Origin: an uncultured delta proteobacterium
Lineage (GTDB): Bacteria > Myxococcota > UBA727 > VGSZ01
DNA: 64,000 nucleotides
Assembly (NCBI GenBank): GCA_963775425.1
Contig: CAVZJB010000017.1
Span: 64,001 to 128,000 of the forward strand
Direction of reading: 5' to 3'
The notes under the pieces are model-generated. The model ran no database searches and was not told where the DNA came from. It was given only the letters and a program-made list of their open reading frames with translations. The translations under genes and the position numbers were made by a program. Numbering within the stretch: the stretch's first letter is position 1; every line of letters begins with the position of its first letter. Shown piece after piece: positions 42,001 through 50,600 of the stretch.

Positions 42001-44513
42001 TCACGCTGCCGCCCGACGCCGCCGTCGACGAGGGTCAGCTCCTGCAGGCCACCGTCAGCGTCACCGATCCCAACGGCGACCCGCCGCCGCCCGTCACGGC
42101 CCAGGGGCTCCCGCCCGGGGCCGCGTTCGATGGCGCGGTCTTTTCGTGGACGCCGGACTTCACCCAGGCGGGCAGCTACACCGTCACGTTCGACGCCGCC
42201 AACGGCTCCGGCTCCACGCGGCGCGACTGGCTGATCACGGTTCGCGACAAGAACCGCTCGCCCGTGGTCGACGCGCCACCGGAGCTCGCCGCGCTCGAGG
42301 GTTCCCTGTACGAGAGCCCCATCGTGGCGCACGACCCTGACGGCGACGCGCTCGCGTTCACGCTGGCGTCGGGGCCGAACGGGCTCGTCGTCTCCTCGAG
42401 CGGCCTGGTCTCGTGGACGCCCGCCTTCGCCGACGTCGGCATCCACGGCCTCACCGTCCGCATCGCCGACGGCCGCGGCGCGGTCCTCCAGCCGAGCTTC
42501 AGCATCGTGGTCGCGGCCATCGACGTCGACGATGACGGCTTGCCGGACACGTACGAGACGCAGGTCGGCCTCGACCCCACGCGCAACGACGCAGGCGAAG
42601 ACCCGGATCACGACGGCCTCGCGAACCTCGAGGAGTTCCTTCAGAACAAGGACCCCTTCGTCTCCAACGCCCCCGGCGCGCCGGTGCTCGTCGCCCCCGC
42701 CGACGGCGCCCGCAGCGACGTCGCGCGCCCCGTGTTCAGGTGGAGCCCGTCCACCGACCCTGACGGCGACCCGGTCAGCTACGAGCTGCGCGTCGCGCCC
42801 CTCGATGATCCCGCGTCGTTCGTCGTCGACGAGAGCGTGCCCGACGCCGCCGGCGAGGTGTCCTTCTCGCCCGTCGTCGGCCTCACGGAGAACACGCGCT
42901 ACACGTGGCGCGTGCGCGCCACCGACGGCGTCGGCTTCTCCGCGCCGGTGTCGCGCGTCGTGCTCATCGACACCGTGAACGAGCCGCCGCCCGCGCCGGC
43001 GCTCGTCTCACCGCCCGACGGCGCCACGGTGGCGACGCAGACACCGACCCTGCGCATCGATCCCGTCGCCGACCCCGATGACGAGCCCGTCAGCTACGTC
43101 TTCCGCTTGCGCGCGGGCGCGTTCGACCCGCCCGTGTTCGAGAGCGCTCCCGTCGACGCGCCGGCGTCGGGCACCGTCTCCTTCGTCGTGCCCGACCTCT
43201 TGCCCGACGGGACGCGGTGGTTCTGGGAGGCGCAGTCGCGCGACGCCCGTGGCCTCCTCGGGGGCGTCGGCGGCCCGGCGCTGTTCACCGTGAGCCTCAC
43301 CAACCTGGCGCCGAGCGCGCCCGTCGTCATCTCGCCCGCCGACGGCGAGATCATCAGCACGCCCGACGTCACCCTGCTGTTCGCCGAGAGCCTCGATCCC
43401 GAGGGGAGCCCCGTCACCGACGTCATTCAGGTGTCGACCGATCCGGGCTTCGATCCCGTCTCACGCGCCGACTTCGGCCCGCTGTCCGCGAGCGGCGGGG
43501 TCGTCAGCGTCGACCTCACGGGCCTCGTCGACGGCCCGGTCTTCTGGCGCGCCAGCGCGTCCGACGGGCTCGTGGTCAGCGAGCTCGTCGAGGGGAGCTT
43601 CTCCGTCGACTCCGTCGACGATCCGCCGGCGGCGCCCACCCTCGTCGCCCCCGACGACAACGCCCTGGTCGAGTCCCACGACGTGGCCACCGTGGTGAAC
43701 CTCACCGCCGACCCCGAGGGCGGACCCGTGGCTGCGCACATCGAGATCCTCGACACCGCCGACGCCGTCGTCGACTCGGTCGACGGCGTCGCCGATGAGG
43801 ACGACGGCGCCGCCGATGGACAGGCGCGTCACACCTTCACGCTCGCCGACGGCCTCTACCGCTGGCGCGCGCGCGTCGACGAGCCGGACGGCGTGGTCTC
43901 GGCGTTTTCGGCGGTGCGCACCTTCCGCGTGCAGGCCGGCAACGCGCGCCCGGGGGCGCCGGTGTTGCTCTCGCCCACGGAAGGCGAGGTCGTGACCACC
44001 GCGACGCCGACGTTGCGCTTCGAGGAGGCGGTCGACCCTGACGGCGACGCGGTGACGCACGAGGTCAGCGTGCGCGTCGACGGCGTGCTCGCGTTCGCGC
44101 AAAGCGGGCTGCAGGCGGCCGCGGGCGTCGTCGAGATCACGGTGCCGTCGCCGCTGCCGGAGGGCCCCGCGACCTGGACGGTGCGCGGCAGGGACCTCGG
44201 CGGGGCAGGCGACCCCGCGGTGGGAACGTTCACCATCGACCTCGGTGGCGCCGACGGCGGTGTGCCGGATGCCGACGCCGGCGCCGTGGACGGCGGCGAC
44301 GTGGACGCCGGCGGCGACGGCGACGGGGGCGTCGCGGACGCCGGCAGCGCGGACGCCGGCGACGGCGCCCCCGTGAGCGCCGACGTCGGCGGTGCGGCGC
44401 AGCGAGCGCCCGGCTGCGGCGGCTGCAGCGGCAGCGGCCCCGTCGACACGAGCTTCTTCGGAGCAGCGATCGTCGTGCTCGCGGCGACGGGGCGGCGGCG
44501 CCGGCGGCGCTGA
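33069..44513 (+). CDS. Giant surface protein/adhesin 1 (~3,810 aa): PPC-like and CARDB-like head, ~20 cadherin/Ig-like repeats, 5 FN3-like repeats, MYXO-CTERM-like anchor
   Basis: GTG 33069 with signal peptide ...PAHA; ExEPN and GDIDPAGDVD motifs; ESDETNN; repeated NVNDAP/DPDGD; DxDxDGLPD Ca-binding motif; GCGGC-TM-RRRRRR terminus. Confidence 0.9.
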   Translation: MRLWSGFATFMLALPAHALTVTTPATQTVIAGSTLSFSVSSDASTSSNVVWSIRREIKSTGIGCPLPGTGGSVVTMIGVAIAPNSPSKTATVTWPAENTAYSIGTHACFKATACVGSTCAASANFTITVNKSSSDERATARAHNTVVDVGSRGGTKVAIYGRQTSIPAGTSASKVLELALCPPGGGCSPPTLPSWITPDAGDRYGVIATPPFGTTPGLWRFRVKPPAITSEAEPNNTTTAADPITSGVNVHGSLSAIIDNNDLFFVEGVSGQTLTARELSPCPTVATTLTILASNGTTSLASRSVAAGSCGSVSATMTSSSQHFIRIHATGGTSYTLQATGPSSQPAPGSRFVDLRLIPPDESRSGRFYSSGGGLSFAEREVEASNDQVSEPVHLNRGPLRGDIDPAGDVDTLQFYTDATEPETFTVVANDAGPCPASLRLRIRENQQSGFVTLADSDAAPGACPSIHDFTAPREGAYYLEVSDDGGGTVGGYLIVRGFADDEVEPNGRVGNASPATPAESRIPRGTLATVSDVDNWEIGTNVQVGDLIASRATGVDEVCPGTMTLSLVYDNSSGSCGDVAAGVVVLDAVTGGPGTCPSFDLDTAPCSGRYLVRASNGPVDDYRLITRVFPANPPAPSVTDAGGVFSSTHALTYGTCASAGDELGIRGSAFNDVTHVAIYDETSNSSAPTCGAPNVSAARDGAGVCRFFAGQPILDGSSRGISRVYDEDGNSSILYAPEAGEFGAPGSPLLKKFHVVGMASGADPRDNADGFFVTNALSLGDTTLHYSDARGGNDMEYEITDECSTYCGMPGCNSSSATACGGKAACVVDTPYPEGSHVRFNLKRYNRNATMSLQRCTSFSDTSCGQGLLGATYTASTDTFAWDVPSNANTAQYFFRVHAQGVSTFSEPNSDFYFVVRTQNVAALLDTGADLFPSSTRIDHPENFEPGVDTRLLFTVSTPASRSLLPNDHVFVRYIVDADFHDPTRTFKVDVTNRGNQASGATSLDAFLVDPVFDASANVSYPLPPDAVPYRAIAVGGLAAGATQTVSFSLAENDLFTQGALTSRPRALYVSVERPGNEPKTAIGNNVSGPFIFDEQAGGRNRHRANDAFVEIESVTPAAPSSGDTVAVYAVAESQPCPLSPPELLRLYDDQPSTPTQATLSSEEFTLPGGGGPSGCTAGFTHVFAAAKPDNPTNTLSIRAFIDPTDVVTESDETNNQAPSTASAFPLVVQNTPPTFASSPPVATPPALDATEDQTYLYEAVRIFDPDHVDAARMTLEVVAGPVGMALGPLTVLDDGVQATLSWVPTDAQAQPGTQSVTLRGCDHDPVVGGVGACATQSFVITVKRVDDPPVITSTPPTSPPDGLVHATEDVAVSYTMTASDEEGAPLTFSVATPPPQNGGLNPMTVTPVSSTSASFTWTPGDDGVGIKTAVLKVTDGVNAVLQTVTFNVANVNDAPVAGAAAPTIATEDQPFTATMPIADADVDVSGIAQAFACTLVNAPAWVSVTTTNTVPRHCTLIGTPANADTGSNDFTVRVTDDGTPALFGDRAVSIDVANVNDAPSLGAPSSTTATQGQPFAASLDVSDADLAAPGAGETFSFALTQGPAGMTLVPGAASVTLEWTPGPGDVNPPTVPVTVQVTDAGGLSSSRSFTISVTNVNDAPVLQDPADTTITEGDSFNTTLVAVDADIAAGLDDTLTFSIVSGAPPGMTVDAATGAVALGPTDDAQVGSFTVTVRVRDAADTGTDQSFVLTVQNVEEPPVLDALTDESTDEDAPYTRTVTATDPDPGATVTYSLTSPPAGMTIDAVSGVIGYTPDNAAVGDHAITVVATDNTGRTTTAGYTLTVVNVNDAPVITSTPVTTATQDQLFTYTLTAVDIDVGDTLSLSTGSLPAWLSFNTNTGVLSGTPRNADVGSHDVTLVVSDGTVSVTQPFSISVANVNDPPVLAPIGNKAVNENASLTFSVSATDPDPGSTVTLTVTGIPPGAAFDSGSGVFTWTPTSADIGNHSVTFAASDGVLADQETINIAVGNVNDPPVLDLIPDAVVDEGVTLSFTVTASDPDGTKPTLNAVGGPGNDPLLAGATFDAGTGTLSWATDFADSGTYFVTFSASDSEFTDTEIVQITVNDVNRPPVITSTAPASSNEDAIFTYQAAGADPDGDGLSWSLTTKPTGMSVDGATGKVTWDRPRQADVGPHAVVLHVSDGRGGSADQPFTLTIANVNDAPVFTSTPPLGASEDSPYSYTAAATDEDPGTTLTFSAPVLPAWLAFDAATRALSGTPAQTDVGGNDVVLRVSDGVVDVDQAFTIAVAAVNDPPVFTAPTPSGTVNGSEGALLTFTLAAADPDSANLAFSMTGLPAGASLDASTGAFAWTPSFTDAGTRNVTLVVSDGALQDTRPLTLVIANTDRPPVVTAPATASGAEGTLISFSASGSDPDGDAVTLSLLSAPAGAAFDAATGVFSFTPDFTQSGTQTATFRATAGGLTGDATTTITVTDVNRPPVVTSTAPTNADEDALLTYTVTASDPDGDAPLTFALTVGPSNAVLGPTSPVSPTAALLSWTPTQVQVGTKQFEIRVSDGRGGVVNHDFAVVVANVNDAPVFVSAAPTAATQDVPYTYAPSVVDEDGDALAFSLPTAPVGMTVNAATGALAYAPRNADVGSHDVVLVADDGHGGSATQSFTIVVANVNDAPVFAASPAPAGAVLQDETFSFTPSVSDPDPGDTVTLGLVSPPSGMTLVNGAGNASGPLDTVTWTPTNDDVGVRTGLVLRATDPHGATTDLTFDLTVVNVNDPPFFVTAPIDAAVTEDALFAADVLADDIDLGDPLVYTLIAAPPRASIDADTGALTFTPDDADTGSASPVTFTVRAEDLAGAFVEQTARFTVTAVNNPPVLAPISDVQVQPGDTVTITLSATDPDGPVQTFIATASDGGPLPAGASLTGNVFSWLTDSGDLGVFNLTFKVSDSVAVDSQNVTVIVGDGGLPPVLTLPPDAAVDEGQLLQATVSVTDPNGDPPPPVTAQGLPPGAAFDGAVFSWTPDFTQAGSYTVTFDAANGSGSTRRDWLITVRDKNRSPVVDAPPELAALEGSLYESPIVAHDPDGDALAFTLASGPNGLVVSSSGLVSWTPAFADVGIHGLTVRIADGRGAVLQPSFSIVVAAIDVDDDGLPDTYETQVGLDPTRNDAGEDPDHDGLANLEEFLQNKDPFVSNAPGAPVLVAPADGARSDVARPVFRWSPSTDPDGDPVSYELRVAPLDDPASFVVDESVPDAAGEVSFSPVVGLTENTRYTWRVRATDGVGFSAPVSRVVLIDTVNEPPPAPALVSPPDGATVATQTPTLRIDPVADPDDEPVSYVFRLRAGAFDPPVFESAPVDAPASGTVSFVVPDLLPDGTRWFWEAQSRDARGLLGGVGGPALFTVSLTNLAPSAPVVISPADGEIISTPDVTLLFAESLDPEGSPVTDVIQVSTDPGFDPVSRADFGPLSASGGVVSVDLTGLVDGPVFWRASASDGLVVSELVEGSFSVDSVDDPPAAPTLVAPDDNALVESHDVATVVNLTADPEGGPVAAHIEILDTADAVVDSVDGVADEDDGAADGQARHTFTLADGLYRWRARVDEPDGVVSAFSAVRTFRVQAGNARPGAPVLLSPTEGEVVTTATPTLRFEEAVDPDGDAVTHEVSVRVDGVLAFAQSGLQAAAGVVEITVPSPLPEGPATWTVRGRDLGGAGDPAVGTFTIDLGGADGGVPDADAGAVDGGDVDAGGDGDGGVADAGSADAGDGAPVSADVGGAAQRAPGCGGCSGSGPVDTSFFGAAIVVLAATGRRRRRR

Positions 44514-44654
44514 CGAGAGGCCGCGTCTCGGACGCTCGCCGCGCCGGGCCCGGGTGTCCCGTGCGGGGATCACCTCGTGACCCACCCGGCTGTCTCCGGA
44601 GTTTCCCTTTTCGCTCAGGAAACTAGGCTGGGAGGCCCGTTTTCCGGAGGCTCC

Positions 44655-47600
44655 TTGAGGCCGCTGTTTCCCATTGCCATCGTCGTCGCGTCCGCCTTCG
44701 CGGGCACCCCGGCGCTGGCGCAGTCCATCACGGTGTCGAGCCCGGGCGACCAAAGCGTCATCGCCGGACAAACGCTGTCGTTCAACGTGACGTCCAACGT
44801 GAACGCCACGTGGTCGATCATCCGCAACCCGAGCATCCAGACCCGCGGCTGCGGCGGGCTCCCGCCGATCGGGTTCCTCGCGCCCGTGATCGGCGCGACC
44901 ATCTCTTCGGGCCCGAGCACCAGCGCCACCGTGACCTACGACGGCGCCTACACCGCCTACGGCATCGGCACGCAGACCTGCGTGAAGGTCACGGCGTGCG
45001 TCGGCACCACCTGCTCGAGCTCCGCCTTCTTCAACATCGTCGTCTCCAAGTCGTCGGCCGAGCACGCCACCGCGCGCGCGCACAACACCGTCGTCGACAT
45101 CGGCTCCACCAAGGGCACCAAGATCGCCGTCTACCCGCGTCAGTCGAGCGTGCTCTCCGGGGTGCTGCCGTCCACCGTCATGGAGCTCGCCTCGTGTCCG
45201 CCCGGTGCCGCCGAGTGCGCCCCACCGTCGTTGCCGTCGTGGATCACGGGCGCGAACATCACCGATCGCTACGGCGTCATCGCCAAGCCGCCGTTCGGCA
45301 CGGTCCCCGGCCTGTGGACCTTCCGCGTGAAACCGCCCTCCATCACGAGCGAGCGGGAGCCGAACGACTCGACCACCAACGCCGACCCCATCACCAACGG
45401 CGTCAACGTCACCGGCTCCGTTTCGCACAACATCCTCTTCGGTTTCGGCGACACCGACGTCTTCTTCGTCGAGGGCGTGAGCGGGCAGACCCTGACTGCG
45501 GAAGAGGTCGCCCCCTGTCCATCGCTGGCCACCACCGTGGCCATCGTCGATCGCAACGGCAACACGCTGAACACCCGCAGCGCCGCCGCCGGCGTGTGCG
45601 CCAGCGTGAGCCTCATCATGACGTCCAACGCGCAGCACTTCATCAGCGTGTCCACCTCGGGAAACGGCAACACCGACTACGTGCTGCGCGCGCGGGGGCC
45701 GGCGGGCCAACCGCCGCCGGGCTCGCGCACGGTGGACCTGCACCTCATCGGCCCCGACAACGTCCGCACCGATCGGCGGTACAACGCGGCGGGCTCCACC
45801 GATCCGTTCCCGGCCGAAGCCGAGGACGAGCCGCGCAACGACGTCTTCGCAGAAGGCGCCGTCTCGCAATTCGGCCCGGTGCGCGGCGACCTCGACCCCG
45901 CCGGCGACACCGACACGTTCCAGTTCTACGCAGACCCCCGCTTCCCATCCACCTTCGCCATCGTCGGAGACCACGGCGGACCGTGCCCGTCATCGAGCAT
46001 GCGCCTCGTCATCAAGGAGAACACCAACGGGGGCCTCGTCACGCTCGCAGACAGCGACGACCACCCCGGCGCGTGCGCGGCCATCCACGAGTTCGTCGCG
46101 CCCCACGAAGGCTCCTACTACGTCACGGTGAGCGACGACGCGAACGAGCAGGCCCCCGGCTACATGCTCGAAGACCTCGGGGACGGCGGCACCGAGCACG
46201 AGCCCAACGGCACCACGGGGACGGCGAGCTTCATCGGTGAGCCCGAGGGCGTGATGGCCATCGGTTCGCTCTCGTCCTCCTCGGACGTGGATTTCTGGTT
46301 CCTCCAGAACAAGATCCTGCCCGGCGACGTGATCGCGGCGCGCGCCACCGGCGTCGACGAGGTGTGCCCGGGCGCCATGACGCTCAGCCTGTTGTATGAC
46401 AACACCAGTGGCTCGTGCTCCGCGGTGGGCGCCGGCGTCGTCGTCATCGACACAGTCACCGGCGACGGCACGACCTGCCCGGCCTTCGATCTCGAGGTCG
46501 CCCCGTGCGCCGGCACCTACTATCTCGAAGCGTCGAACGGCCCCGTCGACGAGTACCGCATCATCGGCCGGATCTTCCCCGCGAGCCCGCCGCTCCCGGA
46601 CGTCACCGGCGACTTCGGCGAGTTCGACACGCAGACTTTCACCTACGGGACCTGCGGCGCCGGGCAGAGCCTGGCGTACTCGGGCAACACGGGCACGTTC
46701 CACAACGTCAGCCACGTCGCGCTCTACGACGAGAGCGGGGAGAGCACCACGCCGGCGTGCTCCGCCTCCACCACGGCAGCGTTCGACGGCGCCGGCATCT
46801 GCCGCTTCTTCGCAGACGAGCCGGTCGATGACGGCACGCTCGGCATCAGCTTCGTCTATGACCGTCGCGGCAGCAGCTCCATCCTCTACGCGCCGGACCT
46901 CTCACAGTTCGGGCCGGTGGGCGCGCCGCTTTTCAAGAAGTTCCACGTCGTCGGTTACGCCTCGGGCGCCGACCCGACCCGCAACGCCGACTCCAAGTAC
47001 CTGAAGAGCGTCGGCAACTTCTTCCTCTTCGCGGACACCACGCTGCACTACAGCAACGCGCGCGGCGGCAACGACCTCGAGTACCAGATGCGCCACGAGT
47101 GCAACACGTACTGCGGGCTCCCCGGCTGCGCCACGTTCTCCGACCCCTCGGACTGCGGCGGCAAGGCCGCGTGCGTCGTGGACGCGCCCTACGACGAGGG
47201 CGCGCACATCCGCTTCGACCTCTCCCGCTACAACCGCACGGCCTCCGTCACGCTCGCCCGGTGCACCGGCTTCTCGGACTCCGCCTGCACACAGCCGTTG
47301 CTCGGCGCCAGCTACGACTCGGCCACCGACGAGCTCAGGTGGGACGTGCCGAGCACCGCGGGCACCGCGCAGCAATTCTTCCGCCTGCGGGCGCAGGCGA
47401 GCGGCGATCCCACCAACGACTTCTACTTCGTCGTGAACACGCGCGACGTCCCCGCGTTCGGCCTCACCGGCTCGGACCTCTATCCGGCGTCGCTGCGCGA
47501 AGACCACCCCGAGGGCTTCCAGACCGAGGACGCCCGCTTCGTGGAGGTCGCCGGCGCGTTCGGCTTCAGCCACAACACCCCCGCGTCGCGCTCGCTCCTG

Positions 47601-50600
47601 CCCAACGACATCGTCATCGCGCGCGTCCTCGGGCTCAACGGTCTCTTCGCGCCGCCGCGAACGTTCCACGTCGACGTCAGCAACCGCGGCAACCAGGCGT
47701 CGGCGGCCACGTTCCTCGACGTCTTCGTCGTCGATCCCTTCTTCGACACCAACGGCAACCTCTCCTATCCCATCCCGCAGGACGCCGTGCCCTACACGTC
47801 CGTCGCCGTCCCGGCGATGGCGGTCGGCGCCAGCCAGAACGTGTCGTTCACCCTGGCGGAGAACGACATGTTCACCCAGGACGCCCTCACGCTCCGGCCG
47901 CGCGCGCTCCACGTCCAGGTGCGGGGCAACACCACGGAGCCGGTGAACGCCTCCGCCAACAACGTCCTCGGCCCGGTGATCTTCAGCGAGGTGGTCGGCA
48001 CCATCCGCAAGCTGGGCAACGACGTCCACGGTGAGATCGTGTCGGTGACGCCGGCGTCGCCGCACGAGGGTGACGCCGTCTCCGTCTACACCGTCGTGGA
48101 GTCCAAGCCCTGCCCCGCGTCCCCGCCGGAGGTGCTGCGCTTCTACAACGACCAGCCGTCGCCCCCCACGGGAAGCACCGCGTTCGACGAGCAGCTCACG
48201 CTGCCGGGCCTGGGCGACGGAGGTTGCACCGCCGGCTTCACGCACGTCTTCACCGCGCACAAGCCTGCCAACGCCACCGACACGCTCTCCCTGCGCGCGT
48301 TCGCCGACGCCACCAACACGGTCGCGGAGGACAACGAGACCAACAACATCATGCCGTCCACGGCGAACGCCTTTCCGTTGCCTGTGCAGAACACGCCGCC
48401 GAGCTTCCTCACCAACCCGCCCACCGCCGCCACCGAGGACATCACGTACAGCTACGACGTGCAGGTCAACGACGACGACGCCGTCGACCGCGCGCGCATG
48501 ACGCTCACGCTGCAGAGCGGCCCCGCGGGCATGGTGCTCAACACGCCGGTCCTCTTCGGAAACGGCAAGCGCGCCACCTTGTCGTGGGCACCCACCGACG
48601 CGCAGGCGGCGGCGGGCACCCAGAGCGTCACGCTGCGCACCTGCGACGGCGACCCCGTCGTCGGCGGCGCCGGCGCGTGCGTGGACCAGAGCTTCGTCAT
48701 CAACGTCACGCGCGTGAATGACCCGCCCATCATCACCTCCACGCCGCCGAACCCCGTGCTCGCCACCGAGGACGCGCTCACCAGCTACACCATGACCGCC
48801 GTGGACGAGGAGAGCGGCACGGTCACCTTCAGCATCTCCACGCCCCCGCCGCAAAACGGCGGCAGCAACCCGATGACGGTCACCACGCTGTCCCCCACGT
48901 CGGCGCGCTTCGACTGGACGCCCGGCGACGACGGCGTCGGGAGCAAGAGCGCGCAACTGCGCGTGAGCGACGGCGTCAACGCGGTCACCCAGGTCGTCAA
49001 TTTCAACGTCGCCAACGTGAACGACACCCCCGTGGTGGGCCCGGCGTCGTCGTCGGTCGGCACCGAGGACCAGCCGTTCAGCGCCACGCTCTCCATCAAC
49101 GACGCGGACGTCGACGTCTCTGCCATCGCGCAGACGTTCGTGTGCTCGCTCGTCGGCGCGCCGTCTTGGGTGTCCGTCGCCACCACCAACACCACGCCCC
49201 GCCACTGCACGCTCTCGGGCACCCCGCTGAACGCCGACACCGGCCTCAACAGCTTCACCGTCCGCGTCACCGACAACGGCTCGCCGCCGCTGCACGGCGA
49301 CCGCGCCGTGAGCATCGACGTCGCCAACGTGAACGACGCGCCTTCGCTCGGGGCGCCGTCGGCGACCAGCGCCACGCAGGGCCAGCCCTTCACCGCCACG
49401 CTCGCCGTCAGCGACGCCGACCTCAGCGCCCCCGGCGCCGGCGAGAGCTTCACCTTCTTCAAGGACCAGGGGCCCGCCGCGATGGTGCTCACCCCGGGCG
49501 CCGCCTCGGTGACGCTCACGTGGACGCCGGGGCCCGCAGACGTCAACCCGCCCACGGTACCGGTGACCATCCGCGTCCGCGACAGCGGCGGGCTCGAGAG
49601 CTCGCGCAGCTTCACCGTCTCCGTCACCAACGTGAACGATCCGCCGGTGCTGCAGGATCCGCCGGACGCGACCATCACCGAGGGCCAGTCGTTCAACGTC
49701 ACCCTCGTCGCCACCGACGCGGACATCGCCGCCGGCCTCAGCGACACGCTCACCTTCTCCATCGTCTCCGGCGCGCCTCCGGGCATGAGCATCAACAGCG
49801 CCACCGGCGCCGTCGCCCTCGGCACCACGGACGACGCCCAGGTCGGCACGTTCAACGTGAAGGTGCGCGTGCGCGACGCGGCCAACACCGGCACCGACCA
49901 GACCTTCGTCCTGACGGTGACCAACGTCGAGGAGCCGCCCGTGCTCGCGCCCCTCGGCGACGAGAGCACCGACGAGGACGCGCCCTACACGCGCACCATC
50001 AGCGCCACCGATCCCGATCCCGGCTCGAGCGTCACCTACTCGCTGACGTCGCCGCCCGCGGGCATGACCATCGGCTCCAGCTCGGGCGTCATCAACTTCA
50101 CGCCGGCCAACGCCGACGTCGGCGACCACACCATCACCGTCGTCGCCAAGGACAACACCAACCGCACCGCCACGCAGAGCTACACGCTCACCGTGATCAA
50201 CGTGAACGACGCGCCGGTCATCACGTCGACCCCGATCACCACGGGGACGCAGGACCAGCCCTACAGCTACGCTTTCACGGCGAACGACGTTGACGCGGGC
50301 GACGTGCTCACGCTCTCCGCCATCACGCTTCCGTCGTGGCTGCTGTTCAACACCAACACCGGAGTGCTCGCGGGCACGCCGCGCAACGCCGACGCGTTCG
50401 CCGCCAACAACGTCACCCTGCGCGTGAGCGACGGCACCGTGGCCGTCACGCAGTCCTTCAGCATCACCGTCGCCAACGTGAACGATCCGCCGGTGCTCGC
50501 GCCCATCGGCAACAAGGCCGTCAACGAGAACGCGAACCTCTCGTTCTCCGTCGGCGCCACCGATCCCGATCCCGGCACCACGCTCACCCTCTCCGTCACG

